Assembly (NCBI GenBank): GCA_963707915.1
Contig: OY970178.1
Coordinates: 2,560,001 to 2,624,000, forward strand
Direction of reading: 5' to 3'
DNA length: 64,000 bases
From: Candidatus Eiseniibacteriota bacterium
GTDB lineage: Bacteria > Eisenbacteria > RBG-16-71-46
Made by a program: the position numbers and the translations under genes. Numbering within the stretch: position 1 is the stretch's first letter; each line of letters opens with the position of its first letter. Below the pieces are notes generated by a model, which had not been told where the DNA came from, made no database searches, and saw nothing but the letters and a program-made list of their open reading frames with translations. Below, piece after piece: positions 1-9,895 of this stretch.

Positions 1-1
1 C

Positions 2-670
2 ATCCTCCTGGGCACCATCTGGGTGAAGGGGGCCGAGGGCGGCTGGGTCACGCTGGTCGTGACGGCGGGCGTGGTCGCGCTGTGCTTCTGGGTCAGCCAC
101 CACTACCGGGAGGCGAGGAACAGCCTGCGGCGCCTCGACGAGGTGATGGCGGGACTGCCGAGCACGCCCCACGCGGAGCCGCCGCCGCTGGACCCGGCGA
201 AGCCGCTGGGGGTCGTGCTGGTGGGGTCGTTCGGCGGCCTCGGCCTGCACGCGCTGTTCGATTCGCAGCGGCTCTTCCCGGGGCACTTCCGCCAGTTCGT
301 GTTCGTCTCGGTCGGCGTGGTGGACTCCGCCACGATGAAGGGCGTGGAGGAGGTGGACCGGGTGGTGAGCGGGACGCGCGAGGGCCTCCAGCGCTACGTC
401 GACACGGCGCGCGGACTCGGGCTCGCGGCCGACTACCGCATGGCGGTCGGCACCGAGGCCGCGGTCGAGCTCGAGGAGCTGTGTGTCGCGCTCCAGCGCG
501 AGTATCGCCGGGCGATCTTCTTCGCCAGCCGGCTGGTGTTCGAGGAGGAGCGCTGGTACCAGTCGATCCTGCACAACGAGACCGCCCACGAGATCCAGCG
601 GCGGCTGCAGTTCCGCGGGCTGAACGCCATCATCGTGCCGGTGCGCGTGTTCAAGCTCCGGTCGGTTTGA
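2..670 (+). CDS. APC/KUP-superfamily amino acid or cation transporter, C-terminal part (5'-truncated by the window edge)
   Basis: Frame is open from the window start. A KxxEGGW TM segment is followed by a cytoplasmic tail ending LHNETAHEIQRRLQFRGLNAIIVPVRV, typical of APC-family permeases. Confidence 0.75.
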   Translation: MLLGTIWVKGAEGGWVTLVVTAGVVALCFWVSHHYREARNSLRRLDEVMAGLPSTPHAEPPPLDPAKPLGVVLVGSFGGLGLHALFDSQRLFPGHFRQFVFVSVGVVDSATMKGVEEVDRVVSGTREGLQRYVDTARGLGLAADYRMAVGTEAAVELEELCVALQREYRRAIFFASRLVFEEERWYQSILHNETAHEIQRRLQFRGLNAIIVPVRVFKLRSV

Positions 671-691
671 TCGCCCGGCGCGGGCCGGCGC

Positions 692-1747
692 TCAGGCGAC
701 GTCGCGCCAGCGCTCGAGCACCTCGCGCGCCATGTCGCGCGCGTACGGGTCGGGCGACCCGCGCGCGATGCGCTCCAGCTCCCGGTGCCCCTCCATGCCG
801 AACTCGCGCAGCGCGTAGGCTGCGTGCCGCCGCACCCACCAGGCGGGATCCGTGAGCCGGGCGGGCAGGGCCAGCAGCGCGATGCCGGCCCGCGTGCGCC
901 CGAGCGCCCAGGCGGCCTGCGCCCGCACCTGCCAGACCTCGTCCTGCAGCGCGCCCATGAGCGTGGTGGCGCAGTCGTCGGCGCGCAGGCGGCCCAGCGC
1001 GCGGGCGGCGGCGATGCGCTGCTCGACGTCGCCTTCGCGCAGCCGGCGCTCGATGGACCGGCGGGCGTCGCGACAGCCTGCGACCCCGAGCGCCTCGATG
1101 AGCGCGCGGTCCATGGCCGCGTCGCCGGTGCCACGTTCGAGCGCGGCCGCGAGGTCGGGCAGCGCGCGCCGCCCGAAGCTGCGCAGCAGCGTCACCCGCG
1201 GGCGGTGGGTCCGCTGCTCGAGGGCCGCCGGGTTCGCGAGCAGCCAGCGCAGCGCCTCGAGGTCGCGGTAGCGCGCGAGCGCGGTGGCGGCGGCGATCGT
1301 GACCAGCCCGGGGCCCTCGCGCAGCGCCTGCCGCAGCGCGCGCCGCGACTCGGGCGAGTAGAGCAACCCGAGCCGGCGCACCGCCAGCTCGCGACGCCAC
1401 GGCGACTTGTCGAGCAGCGCCGCGCGCTCCGCGGCGAAGTGGGGACTTCCGGCCAGGGCGCGCGACAGCGCGAGCCAGCCGCTCCGGCGCGAGACCTGGT
1501 CCTCGAGCGCCGCCCAGAAGGCGTCGGGCCCGGCCGCGGCGGTCTGCTTGGCGAGGGCGCGGGGGGACAGGCGGTGTTCGATGAAGTCGCACAACGCGTG
1601 GGCGAGGTCGTCCACGCGTCCCCGGGCGTGCCGGCGCTCGCGGCGCTGCAGGACGCGCAACGTGTAGCCCGCGCCGGAGATCGCGGCGAGCGCGACGAAC
1701 ACGGAGGTGAAGAGGTCGAGCGTCACGGTCGGCGGGGGCGCGGACAT
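692..1747 (-). CDS. HEAT-repeat domain membrane protein
   Basis: N-terminal TM helix; repeated HEAT motifs (RIAAARALG, VRAQAAWALG, VRRHAAYAL). Confidence 0.8.
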   Translation of the reverse strand: MSAPPPTVTLDLFTSVFVALAAISGAGYTLRVLQRRERRHARGRVDDLAHALCDFIEHRLSPRALAKQTAAAGPDAFWAALEDQVSRRSGWLALSRALAGSPHFAAERAALLDKSPWRRELAVRRLGLLYSPESRRALRQALREGPGLVTIAAATALARYRDLEALRWLLANPAALEQRTHRPRVTLLRSFGRRALPDLAAALERGTGDAAMDRALIEALGVAGCRDARRSIERRLREGDVEQRIAAARALGRLRADDCATTLMGALQDEVWQVRAQAAWALGRTRAGIALLALPARLTDPAWWVRRHAAYALREFGMEGHRELERIARGSPDPYARDMAREVLERWRDVA

Positions 1748-1828
1748 GGTGCGGCGGTTATCGGCCCGACCGGAGGCGGGCTTGAGGCGGACGCACGCGT
1801 CCGGGCCGCGTCCGCGGCGGCCGCGCGG

Positions 1829-2593
1829 CTAGGGGACCGGGAGCCGGAACAGGTCCTTCGCGTTGGCGGTGGTGATGCGGTCGGCCTCGGCGGGCGTCCA
1901 GCCCCGCAGTTCGCAGAGCCGCCGCAGCACCCGCGCGAGCAACGCCGGCTCGTTGCGGCGCAGCGAGCGCGGCTCGGGCTCGAGCCAGGGCGAGTCGGTC
2001 TCGAGCACGAGCATCTCCGCCGGCGCGACCCTCACCGCCGCCTCGAGCGGGCCGTGCCCGTAGGTCAGGCAGCCGCCGATCCCCAGCCGGAAGCCGAGGA
2101 CGCGGGCCCGCTCGACCGCCTCGGGGCCGTCGTCGAAGCAGTGGAGCACGCCGCCCGCGGCGGGGCGCGCCTCCTCGAGGATGGCGAGCGTTTCGGCCAG
2201 CGCGCTGCGCTGGTGGATCACCACCGGCAGGCCGAGCTCGCCGGCCAGCGCGAGTTGCGCGCGGAACCAGCGTTCCTGGTCGGCGCGCGACGCGTGGTCG
2301 CGGTAGAAGTCGAGCCCGGTCTCGCCCAGCGCCACCACGCGGGGGTGGCGAGCCTCCTCGCGCAACGTGGCGAGCCACGAGTCCGGCACCCGGCCCGACT
2401 CGTTCGGGTGCACGCCCGGGCACAGGTAGACCGCCGGGTGCGCGGCCGCGAACGCGTGCGCGCGGGGCAGGATCTCGGGCGCGTAGGCGATCTCGACGAA
2501 GTGCGTCACGCCGCCGTGCCGCGCGCGGTCGAGGACGCGCTCGCGGTCGTCGTCGAAGCGCTGGTCGGTCAGGTGGCAGTGGGTGTCGATCAC
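1829..2593 (-). CDS. tatD: TatD-family DNase/hydrolase
   Basis: IDTHCHL, GVHP, GETGLD, LHCF and ETDSP motifs; GTG start inferred at VIDTH. Confidence 0.93.
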   Translation of the reverse strand: MIDTHCHLTDQRFDDDRERVLDRARHGGVTHFVEIAYAPEILPRAHAFAAAHPAVYLCPGVHPNESGRVPDSWLATLREEARHPRVVALGETGLDFYRDHASRADQERWFRAQLALAGELGLPVVIHQRSALAETLAILEEARPAAGGVLHCFDDGPEAVERARVLGFRLGIGGCLTYGHGPLEAAVRVAPAEMLVLETDSPWLEPEPRSLRRNEPALLARVLRRLCELRGWTPAEADRITTANAKDLFRLPVP

Positions 2594-2672
2594 GGGCGCC
2601 GGCCGGCCGGCGTGCCGCGCCGCGCGCCGCGGCACGGGTGCGCCACGGCGCGCGGGCCCATCGCGTCCGCCC

Positions 2673-4454
2673 CTAGGCCTTCGGGGCCGGGCGCGGCGCG
2701 CCGCCGGCCGCGGCCTTGAGATCGATGCGCGGGAACAGGATCACCGGCTGCCCGAGCGGGCGCGCCGCGGGCGCGCCGAACGCCGGGCGCGCCGCCGCGC
2801 CGCGCTGCTCGCCGGGGGTGCCCGGCAGGCCCAGCACGCCCCACAATTCCTCGCACTTCGCGGGGATCGTGGGCCAGGCCCAGATGGCCACCAGCCGCAG
2901 CGTCTCGAGCAGCGCGTTCAGCCCGGTGCCCAGCTCGGCGCGGCGCGCCGGATCCTTGGCGAGGTCCCAGGGGCGCGCGCGGTCCACGAACTCGTTGGCG
3001 CGCTCGACCGCCTGCCAGGCGCTCGCCAGCGCGTCGTGCAGGCGCAGCTCGTCGTAGGCCTTCGGCACCTCGTCGGCGGCGGTCGTGGCCGCCGCGACCA
3101 GCGCGTCGAGCGCGCCGCGCACCGCCGGGTCGGCGAACGCGTCGGGCGCCCATTCGGGCGGCGTGGCGCCGGCATAGCTGTTGTGCACCAGCTTCACGGT
3201 GCGGCTCGAGAGGTTGCCGAGCTTGTTCGCCAGGTGGGTGTTGCAGTGCTCCACGAACAGCTCGAGCGAGAACTCGCCGTCGCCGCCGGTCGGGATGGCG
3301 TCGATGAGGTAGAAGCGCAGCGCGTCGGCGCCGAAGCGGGCGGCCATCTCGACCGGATCCACGACGTTGCCGCGCGACTTGGACATCTTCTCCTGGGCGG
3401 CCCCGTCCGCCGCGTCCTTCGCCTCCGGCTTGCGCAGCAGGATGAAGCCGTGCACGTAGACCTGGCGGGGCAGCGGCACGCCGGCGGCCAGCAGCATGGC
3501 CGGCCAGAGCACGCAGTGGAAGCGGCTGATGTCCTTGCCGATGAGATGGAACCCGTTGGTGTACTGCGGCTGGCCCATGCCGGCCCACGCCGCTCCCGGG
3601 CGGCCCTGGCCGTCGAGCTCCTGGAACACGTCCTGGCGCGCCGCGCCGGGGCCGCCGGTCTCGCCCTCCTTCGCCAGCCACCACTTGCAGTAGGTGCGCT
3701 GCGGCCAGCCGAGCGCGGAGAGGTAGTTGAGCAGCGCGTCCGGCCAGACGTAGACGGTGTGGCCCTGGCCGCCCTCGATCTCCTCGGGCAGCGGGATGCC
3801 CCAGGGCAGGTTGGGCCGCGAGACGCTCACGTCCTCGAGCCCGCCCTTGATGAGGTTCATCACCTCGGTGCGGCGGTAATCGGGCTGGATGAAGTCCGGG
3901 TGGGCCTCGATGTGCTGGAGCAGCGCCTCGTCGTATTCGGACAGGCGGAAGAAGAAGTTCGACTCCTTGATCGCCTTCGGCTTCTTCTTGTGCTCGGGGC
4001 AGCGGCCCTTCTCGTCGAGCTCCTTCTCGCCCTTGAATCCCTCGCAGCCCTCGCAATAGAGACCGACGTACTCGCCCTCGTAGATCGCCGGGTCGCCGGT
4101 GCGGGGGGTGCGCGCCAGCGAGAGCCGGCGCATCAGCTCCTGCACGGCCAGCTCGTGGCGCTTGTCCGAGGTGCGGATGAACTGGTCGTAGGCCACGCCG
4201 AGCGTCTTCCAGGCGGCGACGAAGGTCTGCGACATCTCGTCCACGAAGGCCTGCGGCTCCTGGCCGGCCGCCTCGGCCGCGCGGGCGATCTTCTGGCCGT
4301 GCTCGTCGGTGCCGGTCAGGAACCAGGTGGCGTCGCCGCGCTGGCGGTGGAAGCGCGCGAGCGTGTCGGCGAGGACCTTCTCGTAGGCGTGGCCGAGGTG
4401 CGGCCGGCCGTTGACGTAGTCGATGGCGGTGGTGATGTAGAAGCGTCTCGGCAC
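2673..4454 (-). CDS. metG: Methionine--tRNA ligase (short form without C-terminal OB domain)
   Basis: YVNGRPHLGH (HIGH), GTDEHG, YVWPDAL, GKDI, KMSKS. Confidence 0.96.
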   Translation of the reverse strand: MPRRFYITTAIDYVNGRPHLGHAYEKVLADTLARFHRQRGDATWFLTGTDEHGQKIARAAEAAGQEPQAFVDEMSQTFVAAWKTLGVAYDQFIRTSDKRHELAVQELMRRLSLARTPRTGDPAIYEGEYVGLYCEGCEGFKGEKELDEKGRCPEHKKKPKAIKESNFFFRLSEYDEALLQHIEAHPDFIQPDYRRTEVMNLIKGGLEDVSVSRPNLPWGIPLPEEIEGGQGHTVYVWPDALLNYLSALGWPQRTYCKWWLAKEGETGGPGAARQDVFQELDGQGRPGAAWAGMGQPQYTNGFHLIGKDISRFHCVLWPAMLLAAGVPLPRQVYVHGFILLRKPEAKDAADGAAQEKMSKSRGNVVDPVEMAARFGADALRFYLIDAIPTGGDGEFSLELFVEHCNTHLANKLGNLSSRTVKLVHNSYAGATPPEWAPDAFADPAVRGALDALVAAATTAADEVPKAYDELRLHDALASAWQAVERANEFVDRARPWDLAKDPARRAELGTGLNALLETLRLVAIWAWPTIPAKCEELWGVLGLPGTPGEQRGAAARPAFGAPAARPLGQPVILFPRIDLKAAAGGAPRPAPKA

Positions 4455-4598
4455 GGTGTCTCCCGGGTCGGAAGTGAGGCGCGGAGTATAGCGAAAGCGG
4501 CGCGGAGCGTGCGAGCGGCAAGGCCCGTCGCCGGGGCCCGCGGGCCGTGCAAGTGGTTCTGCGGCAAGGCCGCGCGCACCGCCCGCCGCCGGACGGGC

Positions 4599-5480
4599 TC
4601 AGTCGTCGCGGGCGTCTCCGAGCGTCTCTTCGGCCTCGCCGTTCGGCTCCGCCGGGTCCGGCGGCCCGCCGCGGGGCCACGGCCCCGGCGGCAGCATGTC
4701 CCGGCTGATGCGGTGTTCCTGCCCGTCGCTGTCCCGCACCCAGACCACCTGCTGGTGCAGCTCGGTGCGGAACACGGTGCACACGCCCTTGCCGGTCCGC
4801 AGCTGGGCGCCCAGGGGCGGCAGCTTGGCGGCGCCCTCGCGGTAGAGATTGAGCTCGTAGGCGAGGCAGCACATCAGCCGGCCGCACGTGCCCGAGATCT
4901 TCGTGGGGTTGAGCGTGAGCTGCTGCTCGCGGGCCATGCGCAGCGTGACCGGGTGGAAGTCCTTCAGCCAGGTCGAGCAGCAGAACGCGCGCCCGCACGG
5001 GCCGCAGCCGTCGAGCCGCTTGGCCTGGTCGCGCACCCCGATCTGGCGCAGCTCGATCCGCGTCTGGAATCGCGCGGCGAGGTCCTTGACCAGCTCGCGG
5101 AAGTCCACGCGGTGCTCGGCCAGGAAGTAGAAGGTGATGCGGTGGCCGGTGAACGAGGCCTCGACCTCGGAGAGCTCCATCTTGAGCTCGCGCACGCCGA
5201 TGCGCTCGCGGCAGTACTCGAAGGCCGCGGACTCGCGCTGGGCGAGGTGGTCCTCGAGGTCGAGGTCCTCCTCGGTGGCCTTGCGGATGATCTCGCGCGC
5301 GACGCTGCCGGGCCGCTTGAGCTCGACCAGCGACGGGTCCTTGAGGACGACGCTGCCGATCGACTCGCCGTGCTCGGTCTGCACGACCACGCGGTCGTTC
5401 AGCTGGAGCCAGAGGTGGCGGGAGTTGAGGAAGAAGTCCCTGCGTGAACCGCGCAGGGCGACCTGCACGATCTCGGACAT
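4599..5480 (-). CDS. ricT: PSP1-domain RicT/YaaT-family protein
   Basis: RVDFRELVKDLA, RIELRQIGVRD, CGRxxCC and ISGTCGRLMCCL; usual holB-ricT-metG context. Confidence 0.9.
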   Translation of the reverse strand: MSEIVQVALRGSRRDFFLNSRHLWLQLNDRVVVQTEHGESIGSVVLKDPSLVELKRPGSVAREIIRKATEEDLDLEDHLAQRESAAFEYCRERIGVRELKMELSEVEASFTGHRITFYFLAEHRVDFRELVKDLAARFQTRIELRQIGVRDQAKRLDGCGPCGRAFCCSTWLKDFHPVTLRMAREQQLTLNPTKISGTCGRLMCCLAYELNLYREGAAKLPPLGAQLRTGKGVCTVFRTELHQQVVWVRDSDGQEHRISRDMLPPGPWPRGGPPDPAEPNGEAEETLGDARDD

Positions 5481-5708
5481 CTCGAAACCTTTATGGGCGG
5501 ATGGGACCCGCCGGACCGGCCTCGCGGCCGGGGCTTCGCGTGAATGGCGTTCCGGCCCGGGCGGGCGCCGGCTATGAAGAGCCCCCGGGACGCGAGGGCG
5601 AGGTCCCGAGGATAGCGCAGCGGGGGATGGTTGCCTATCGGTCCGGCAGGGGCGCCTGGCGCGGTCGGACGGGGGCCGGGCCGCGTCCGGGTCCCCGCCG
5701 GTGCGGTC

Positions 5709-6914
5709 TCAGTAGTCCCAGCGCGCGGTCGGGTGCGGGGGCCAGGTGTCCCCGGCGAAGCGTTCGCCGCCCAGGCGCGAGAGCGCCGAGAACATGGCCA
5801 GCTCGGGCGTGACGTTGCCCTCGATGGCGCGCAGCAGTTCCTCGAGCACCAGCAGGCGGCGACGGACCTCGACCGGCGCGGTGCGCTCCGCCTGGCGGCG
5901 GATCTCGGCCTCGCGGTCGCGGTTCGCCAGCTCCTCGCGCGGCGCGCCGTGGCGCGCGCGCAGCAGGTCCCGCAGCCAGAGCTGCTGGAACTCGACCATG
6001 CGGCGCAGCGCCTCGCGCCCGGTGCGACCGAACTTCATCTTGCCCTGCGCCGCCCGCCAGAGCGCGGACGGATCGCCCCGCAGCGCGGGCTCGAGCAGCG
6101 CCAGCGCCTCGTCGCGTTCCTCGAGGGGCTTGCCGTCGCGCAGCGTGAGCGCGCGGGCGAGCGAACCGCCGGAGAGGGCGGCCAGCAGGCGCGACTCGCG
6201 GTTCGCGACCCCGACCCGCTCTTCGAGGAACCGCTGGATCGTCGTCTCGGGCAGCGGGGCGAAGCGCACGCGCTGGCAGCGCGAGGGGATGGTGGCGGGC
6301 AGCCGCGCGGCGCGCGCGGTGGTCAGCACCCAGACGGTCGAGGCGCCCGGCTCCTCGATCGACTTGAGCAGCGCGGAGTACTGGTCCTCGCGCATGCGGT
6401 CGGCGTCGCGCACCACCACGACGCGGCGCTCCGCCTCGTAGGGCCGGTAGGCCAGCTCGCGCAGCAACTCGCGGGTGAGCGAGAGGCGGATCGAGGCCGC
6501 CTTCTCGTAGTTGAAGACGAAGAACGGGTCCTCGCGCAGGGCCTGCTGGGTCTCGGCGACGGTCTTCTCGAGTTCCTTCTCCTCGCCCGAGACCGGGAAC
6601 AGGAACTTGAGGTCCGGGTGCGTGAGCTGGGCCGACCGCCGGCACCCATCGCACACGCCGCAGGCGTCGTCGGCCGGCGCGGCGGCCGGGGTCGCGGCGG
6701 CCGGCGCGTCGAACAGCCCGCCCTGGGCCTTGGGGCCGTTGCGGGTCTCGCACAGCAGGGCCCGGGCGAAGGCGAGCGCCGCCGTTCCCTTGCCGACCCC
6801 GGCCGCCCCGAGGAACAGGTAGGCGTTGGCGTAGCGCCCGCCGGCCACGACCCCGCGCAGGAAGACGGAAGGCCCCGGCTGGCCCAGCAGTTCGGATAGG
6901 CGGACGACGGTCAT
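5709..6914 (-). CDS. holB: DNA polymerase III subunit delta'
   Basis: AYLFLGxxGVGK, Zn-module CGVCDGC, HPD, LLKSIEEP, TIPSRCQ. Confidence 0.92.
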   Translation of the reverse strand: MTVVRLSELLGQPGPSVFLRGVVAGGRYANAYLFLGAAGVGKGTAALAFARALLCETRNGPKAQGGLFDAPAAATPAAAPADDACGVCDGCRRSAQLTHPDLKFLFPVSGEEKELEKTVAETQQALREDPFFVFNYEKAASIRLSLTRELLRELAYRPYEAERRVVVVRDADRMREDQYSALLKSIEEPGASTVWVLTTARAARLPATIPSRCQRVRFAPLPETTIQRFLEERVGVANRESRLLAALSGGSLARALTLRDGKPLEERDEALALLEPALRGDPSALWRAAQGKMKFGRTGREALRRMVEFQQLWLRDLLRARHGAPREELANRDREAEIRRQAERTAPVEVRRRLLVLEELLRAIEGNVTPELAMFSALSRLGGERFAGDTWPPHPTARWDY

Positions 6915-6985
6915 GGAGCGGAGGATACACGTCCGGGCGGGACCGGGGCGAGGCCGCGCGGGACGCCGCGCGGCCCGCGGGCGGC

Positions 6986-8230
6986 CTACTTCAGCCAGTC
7001 CTCGGGGTCGAGCGCGCTGCCGCCGTTGCGGACCTCGAAGTGCAGCACCGTGCCCTTGAGCGACGTGCCGCTGTCGCCCACGCGGCCGATCACCTGCCCC
7101 GCCGCGACCTCCTGCTCCTGCTTGACGCCGATCTCGGAGAGGTGGCCGTAGAGGGTGTAGTAGCCGTTGCCGTGGTTGACCACGATGACCTGGCCGAAGG
7201 CGGCGAAATCGTCGCTGGTGAAGTCCACGCGGCCCCGCGCCACGGAGCGCACGGGGGCGCCCTCGCGCGCCGCGATGTCGATGCCGTTGTTGAGCGTGGT
7301 GGTGCCGAAGCGCGGGTGGCGCTCGGGGCCGAAGCGCCCGACCACGCTGCCCTCGACCGGCCAGTCGAGCCGCTTGCGGGCCCGCGCGAAGTCGCCGGTG
7401 TAGGGCTCGGGCGCCCGCCCGCCGGCCCGGCGGCGCTGGTCCTCGGTCTGGCGCTGGCGCTCGAGCCGGGCCAGCAGCCGCTGGATGTCCTTCGCGGTCT
7501 TCTCCAGCTCGGCCGCCGCCGCCTCGTAGGTCTTGCGCTCGGTGCGGATCTGCGCCACCTGGCGCTCGCGCTGGGTGGTCAACTGGCCGAGCCGGCGGTT
7601 CTGCGCCGCGGTCTGTTTCTCGTTGTCGCGGGTCTCGCCCAGGTTCACCTCGAGCTGCTGCTGGACGGCCTGGACCTGCTCCTTCTTGCCCTCGATGTCC
7701 TCGAGCAGCGTGCGGTCCTGCTCGGCGACCATCACGATGAAGTCCCAGCGGGCCAGCAGCTGGGCGAACGAGTCGGTCGAGAGCAGGAACTCGAGCTCCC
7801 GCTCGCCCCCCGCCTTGTACATGTTGCGCAGGCGGCGCGCGAGCTTCGCCTTCTGCTGCGCGAGCGTGAACAGCGTCTGCTCCAGGGTCTGGCGCGTGAC
7901 GCCGAGCTGCTGGCCGAGCGCGTTGCGGCGGTTCTGCAGCGCGCGCAGCCGGCGGCGCGTGAGACTGAACTCGCGCTGCGTGCGGCGCAGTTGCCCGAGC
8001 GCCTGCGTCTCCCTGCCCTTGAGGCGGCTGGCGTGGTCGCGGCTCTCGCGGGCCTGCTGGCTGATCTCCTCGAGCTCGCGACGCTTGGCGGCCTCGAGCC
8101 GCAGTTGCTGCTCGCGGGCGCGCACCGCGGCGCTGTCGCCCGCCGGCGACTGGGCCCGGGCGGCCCCCGGCGGCAGCAGCCCGGCCGCGAGCGCGACGGC
8201 GAGCGCCAGCGCGGGCAGCCGCGGCCTCAT
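6986..8230 (-). CDS. envC: Murein hydrolase activator EnvC (coiled coil + M23 domain)
   Basis: Signal peptide from MRPRLPAL, long coiled coil, NNGIDI (degenerate HxxxD), YGHL, LHFEVR; follows ftsX. Confidence 0.88.
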   Translation of the reverse strand: MRPRLPALALAVALAAGLLPPGAARAQSPAGDSAAVRAREQQLRLEAAKRRELEEISQQARESRDHASRLKGRETQALGQLRRTQREFSLTRRRLRALQNRRNALGQQLGVTRQTLEQTLFTLAQQKAKLARRLRNMYKAGGERELEFLLSTDSFAQLLARWDFIVMVAEQDRTLLEDIEGKKEQVQAVQQQLEVNLGETRDNEKQTAAQNRRLGQLTTQRERQVAQIRTERKTYEAAAAELEKTAKDIQRLLARLERQRQTEDQRRRAGGRAPEPYTGDFARARKRLDWPVEGSVVGRFGPERHPRFGTTTLNNGIDIAAREGAPVRSVARGRVDFTSDDFAAFGQVIVVNHGNGYYTLYGHLSEIGVKQEQEVAAGQVIGRVGDSGTSLKGTVLHFEVRNGGSALDPEDWLK

Positions 8231-9084
8231 GGGCCGGCCGAGCGGAGCGTGCGCGCGAGCGCGAGGGCGGCGGCGGCCCACGCGAGCAGGACGGCCCCGC
8301 CCAGGAAGGCGGCGATCCAGGCCGGCGGGAGGAAGGTCGCGTGCACGACCTGCTGCACGGCGAATTGCTCGAGCGCGAAGAGCAGGGCGAGCGCCGCCAG
8401 CGCGGACACCAGGGTCTGGCCCAGGGCCTCGAGCGTGAAGGGGGTGGCGATGAAACGGTCGGAGGCGCCGAGGCGGATCATGATCTCGACCTCGCGGCGG
8501 CGAGCCATCACGGTCAGGCGGATGGTGTTGTAGATGACCAGCAGGATCGCGAGCGCGACCGCCAGGCCGACCAGCAGCGAGCCGCGCGTGAGCGTGGCCT
8601 GCAGCTCGTCGAGCCGCCGCACCCACTCGCCGCCGTAGCGCACGTCCTCGACCTCGGGGAACTGCGACACCTGCCGCGCGGCCTGCTCCATCGCGGAGTA
8701 GTTGAGCAGCTCGGGCCGCAGCCGCACGCGCAGCGAGGCGGGCAGCGGGTTCTCGTCCACGGCCTGCAGCAGCTGCGGGTCGCCGACCTGCTGCGAGAAC
8801 TCCTCCCACGCCTGCTCGCGGCTCACGTAGGTGGTGGTCCCGTAGAGCTCGGTGAGACGGGCGACCAGCGCGTCGCGCTGGTCGGGCGCGATCTCGTCGC
8901 GCAGGTAGACCACCATCTCGCGCCGGTCGCCGATGAAGCGCACCGCCGACTGCGCGTTGTGCGTGAGCAGCAGGAAGATGCCGCACAGCAGCAGCGTCGC
9001 GGTGAGGGAGATCATCGCGGTCCATGCCAGGCCGGGGTGGTGGCGGAACGAGCGCCAGGCTTCGCGCACGAAGTACAGGTGCAC
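8227..9084 (-). CDS. ftsX: Cell division permease FtsX
   Basis: NPLPAS, NTIRLTVMARRREVEIMIRLGAS, PFTLE; four TM segments. Confidence 0.93.
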   Translation of the reverse strand: MHLYFVREAWRSFRHHPGLAWTAMISLTATLLLCGIFLLLTHNAQSAVRFIGDRREMVVYLRDEIAPDQRDALVARLTELYGTTTYVSREQAWEEFSQQVGDPQLLQAVDENPLPASLRVRLRPELLNYSAMEQAARQVSQFPEVEDVRYGGEWVRRLDELQATLTRGSLLVGLAVALAILLVIYNTIRLTVMARRREVEIMIRLGASDRFIATPFTLEALGQTLVSALAALALLFALEQFAVQQVVHATFLPPAWIAAFLGGAVLLAWAAAALALARTLRSAGP

Positions 9085-9086
9085 GC

Positions 9087-9821
9087 TCAGGCCCCCCGCT
9101 CCGGTGACAGGGCGGGCGCTGCGGGGCCGGGCGCCGGCGGCGCGTACGGCGCGCGGAGAGCCGCGTCATCCCCCGCGATCCGGCCGTCGTCGAGCCGGAG
9201 GACGCGCCCGCCCAGCGACTCGGCGACGTCGAGGCGGGTCGTGACCATCAGCAGGGCGGCGCCCTCTTCGTGGATGCGGCGCAGCAGCGCGATGATCTCC
9301 TTCGCGCTGGCAGGCTCGAGCGCGCCGGTGGGCTCGTCGGCCAGCACCACGGCCGGACGGTTCACGATGGCGCGCGCGATGGCGGCGCGCTGCTTCTCGC
9401 CGGCCGAGAGCTCGGAGGGATAGGCGGCCTGCTTCTGTTGCAGGCCCACCTCCTCGAGCGCGTAGAGCGTGCGCGGCACGACCTCGGCGTCGGCGAAGTG
9501 GCCGGTGATGCGGACGGCGAGCGCGACGTTCTCGAACACCGTGCGGTCGTTCAGCAGCCGGAAGTCCTCGTAGATGATGCCGAGCGTGCGGCGCAGCAGC
9601 GCGCGCTTGGCGCGCGGCAGGCGCGCCCCGCGGAAGGTGCCGACCGTGACGGTCCCGGAGGTGGGGGCGAGCTCGTGGGTGATGAGCCGCAGCAGCGTGG
9701 TCTTGCCGGCACCGCTGGGCCCGGCGAAGACCACGCACTCCCCCTCGTCCATGTGCCACGAGACGGAATCGAGCGCCAGGCGCTCCCGGTACCGCCGCGA
9801 GACGTGCTCGAAGGTGATCAC
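9087..9821 (-). CDS. ftsE: Cell division ATP-binding protein FtsE (divergent motifs)
   Basis: GPSGAGKTT, DFRLL, TVFENVAL, LADEPTG; directly upstream of ftsX; GTG start inferred at VITFEHVS. Confidence 0.88.
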   Translation of the reverse strand: MITFEHVSRRYRERLALDSVSWHMDEGECVVFAGPSGAGKTTLLRLITHELAPTSGTVTVGTFRGARLPRAKRALLRRTLGIIYEDFRLLNDRTVFENVALAVRITGHFADAEVVPRTLYALEEVGLQQKQAAYPSELSAGEKQRAAIARAIVNRPAVVLADEPTGALEPASAKEIIALLRRIHEEGAALLMVTTRLDVAESLGGRVLRLDDGRIAGDDAALRAPYAPPAPGPAAPALSPERGA

Positions 9822-9895
9822 GGACGTTCCCCCGCCGGGCGACGCGGCCCGCGGCGCCCCGCGGTCGCGTCGCGTCCTCGGCAACGGGTCATGGG

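Noticed and set aside
4455..5708. T-box or SAM riboswitch upstream of metG/ricT
   Set aside because: No T-box (AAGGTGGxACC) or S-box core seen; only -10-like hexamers.
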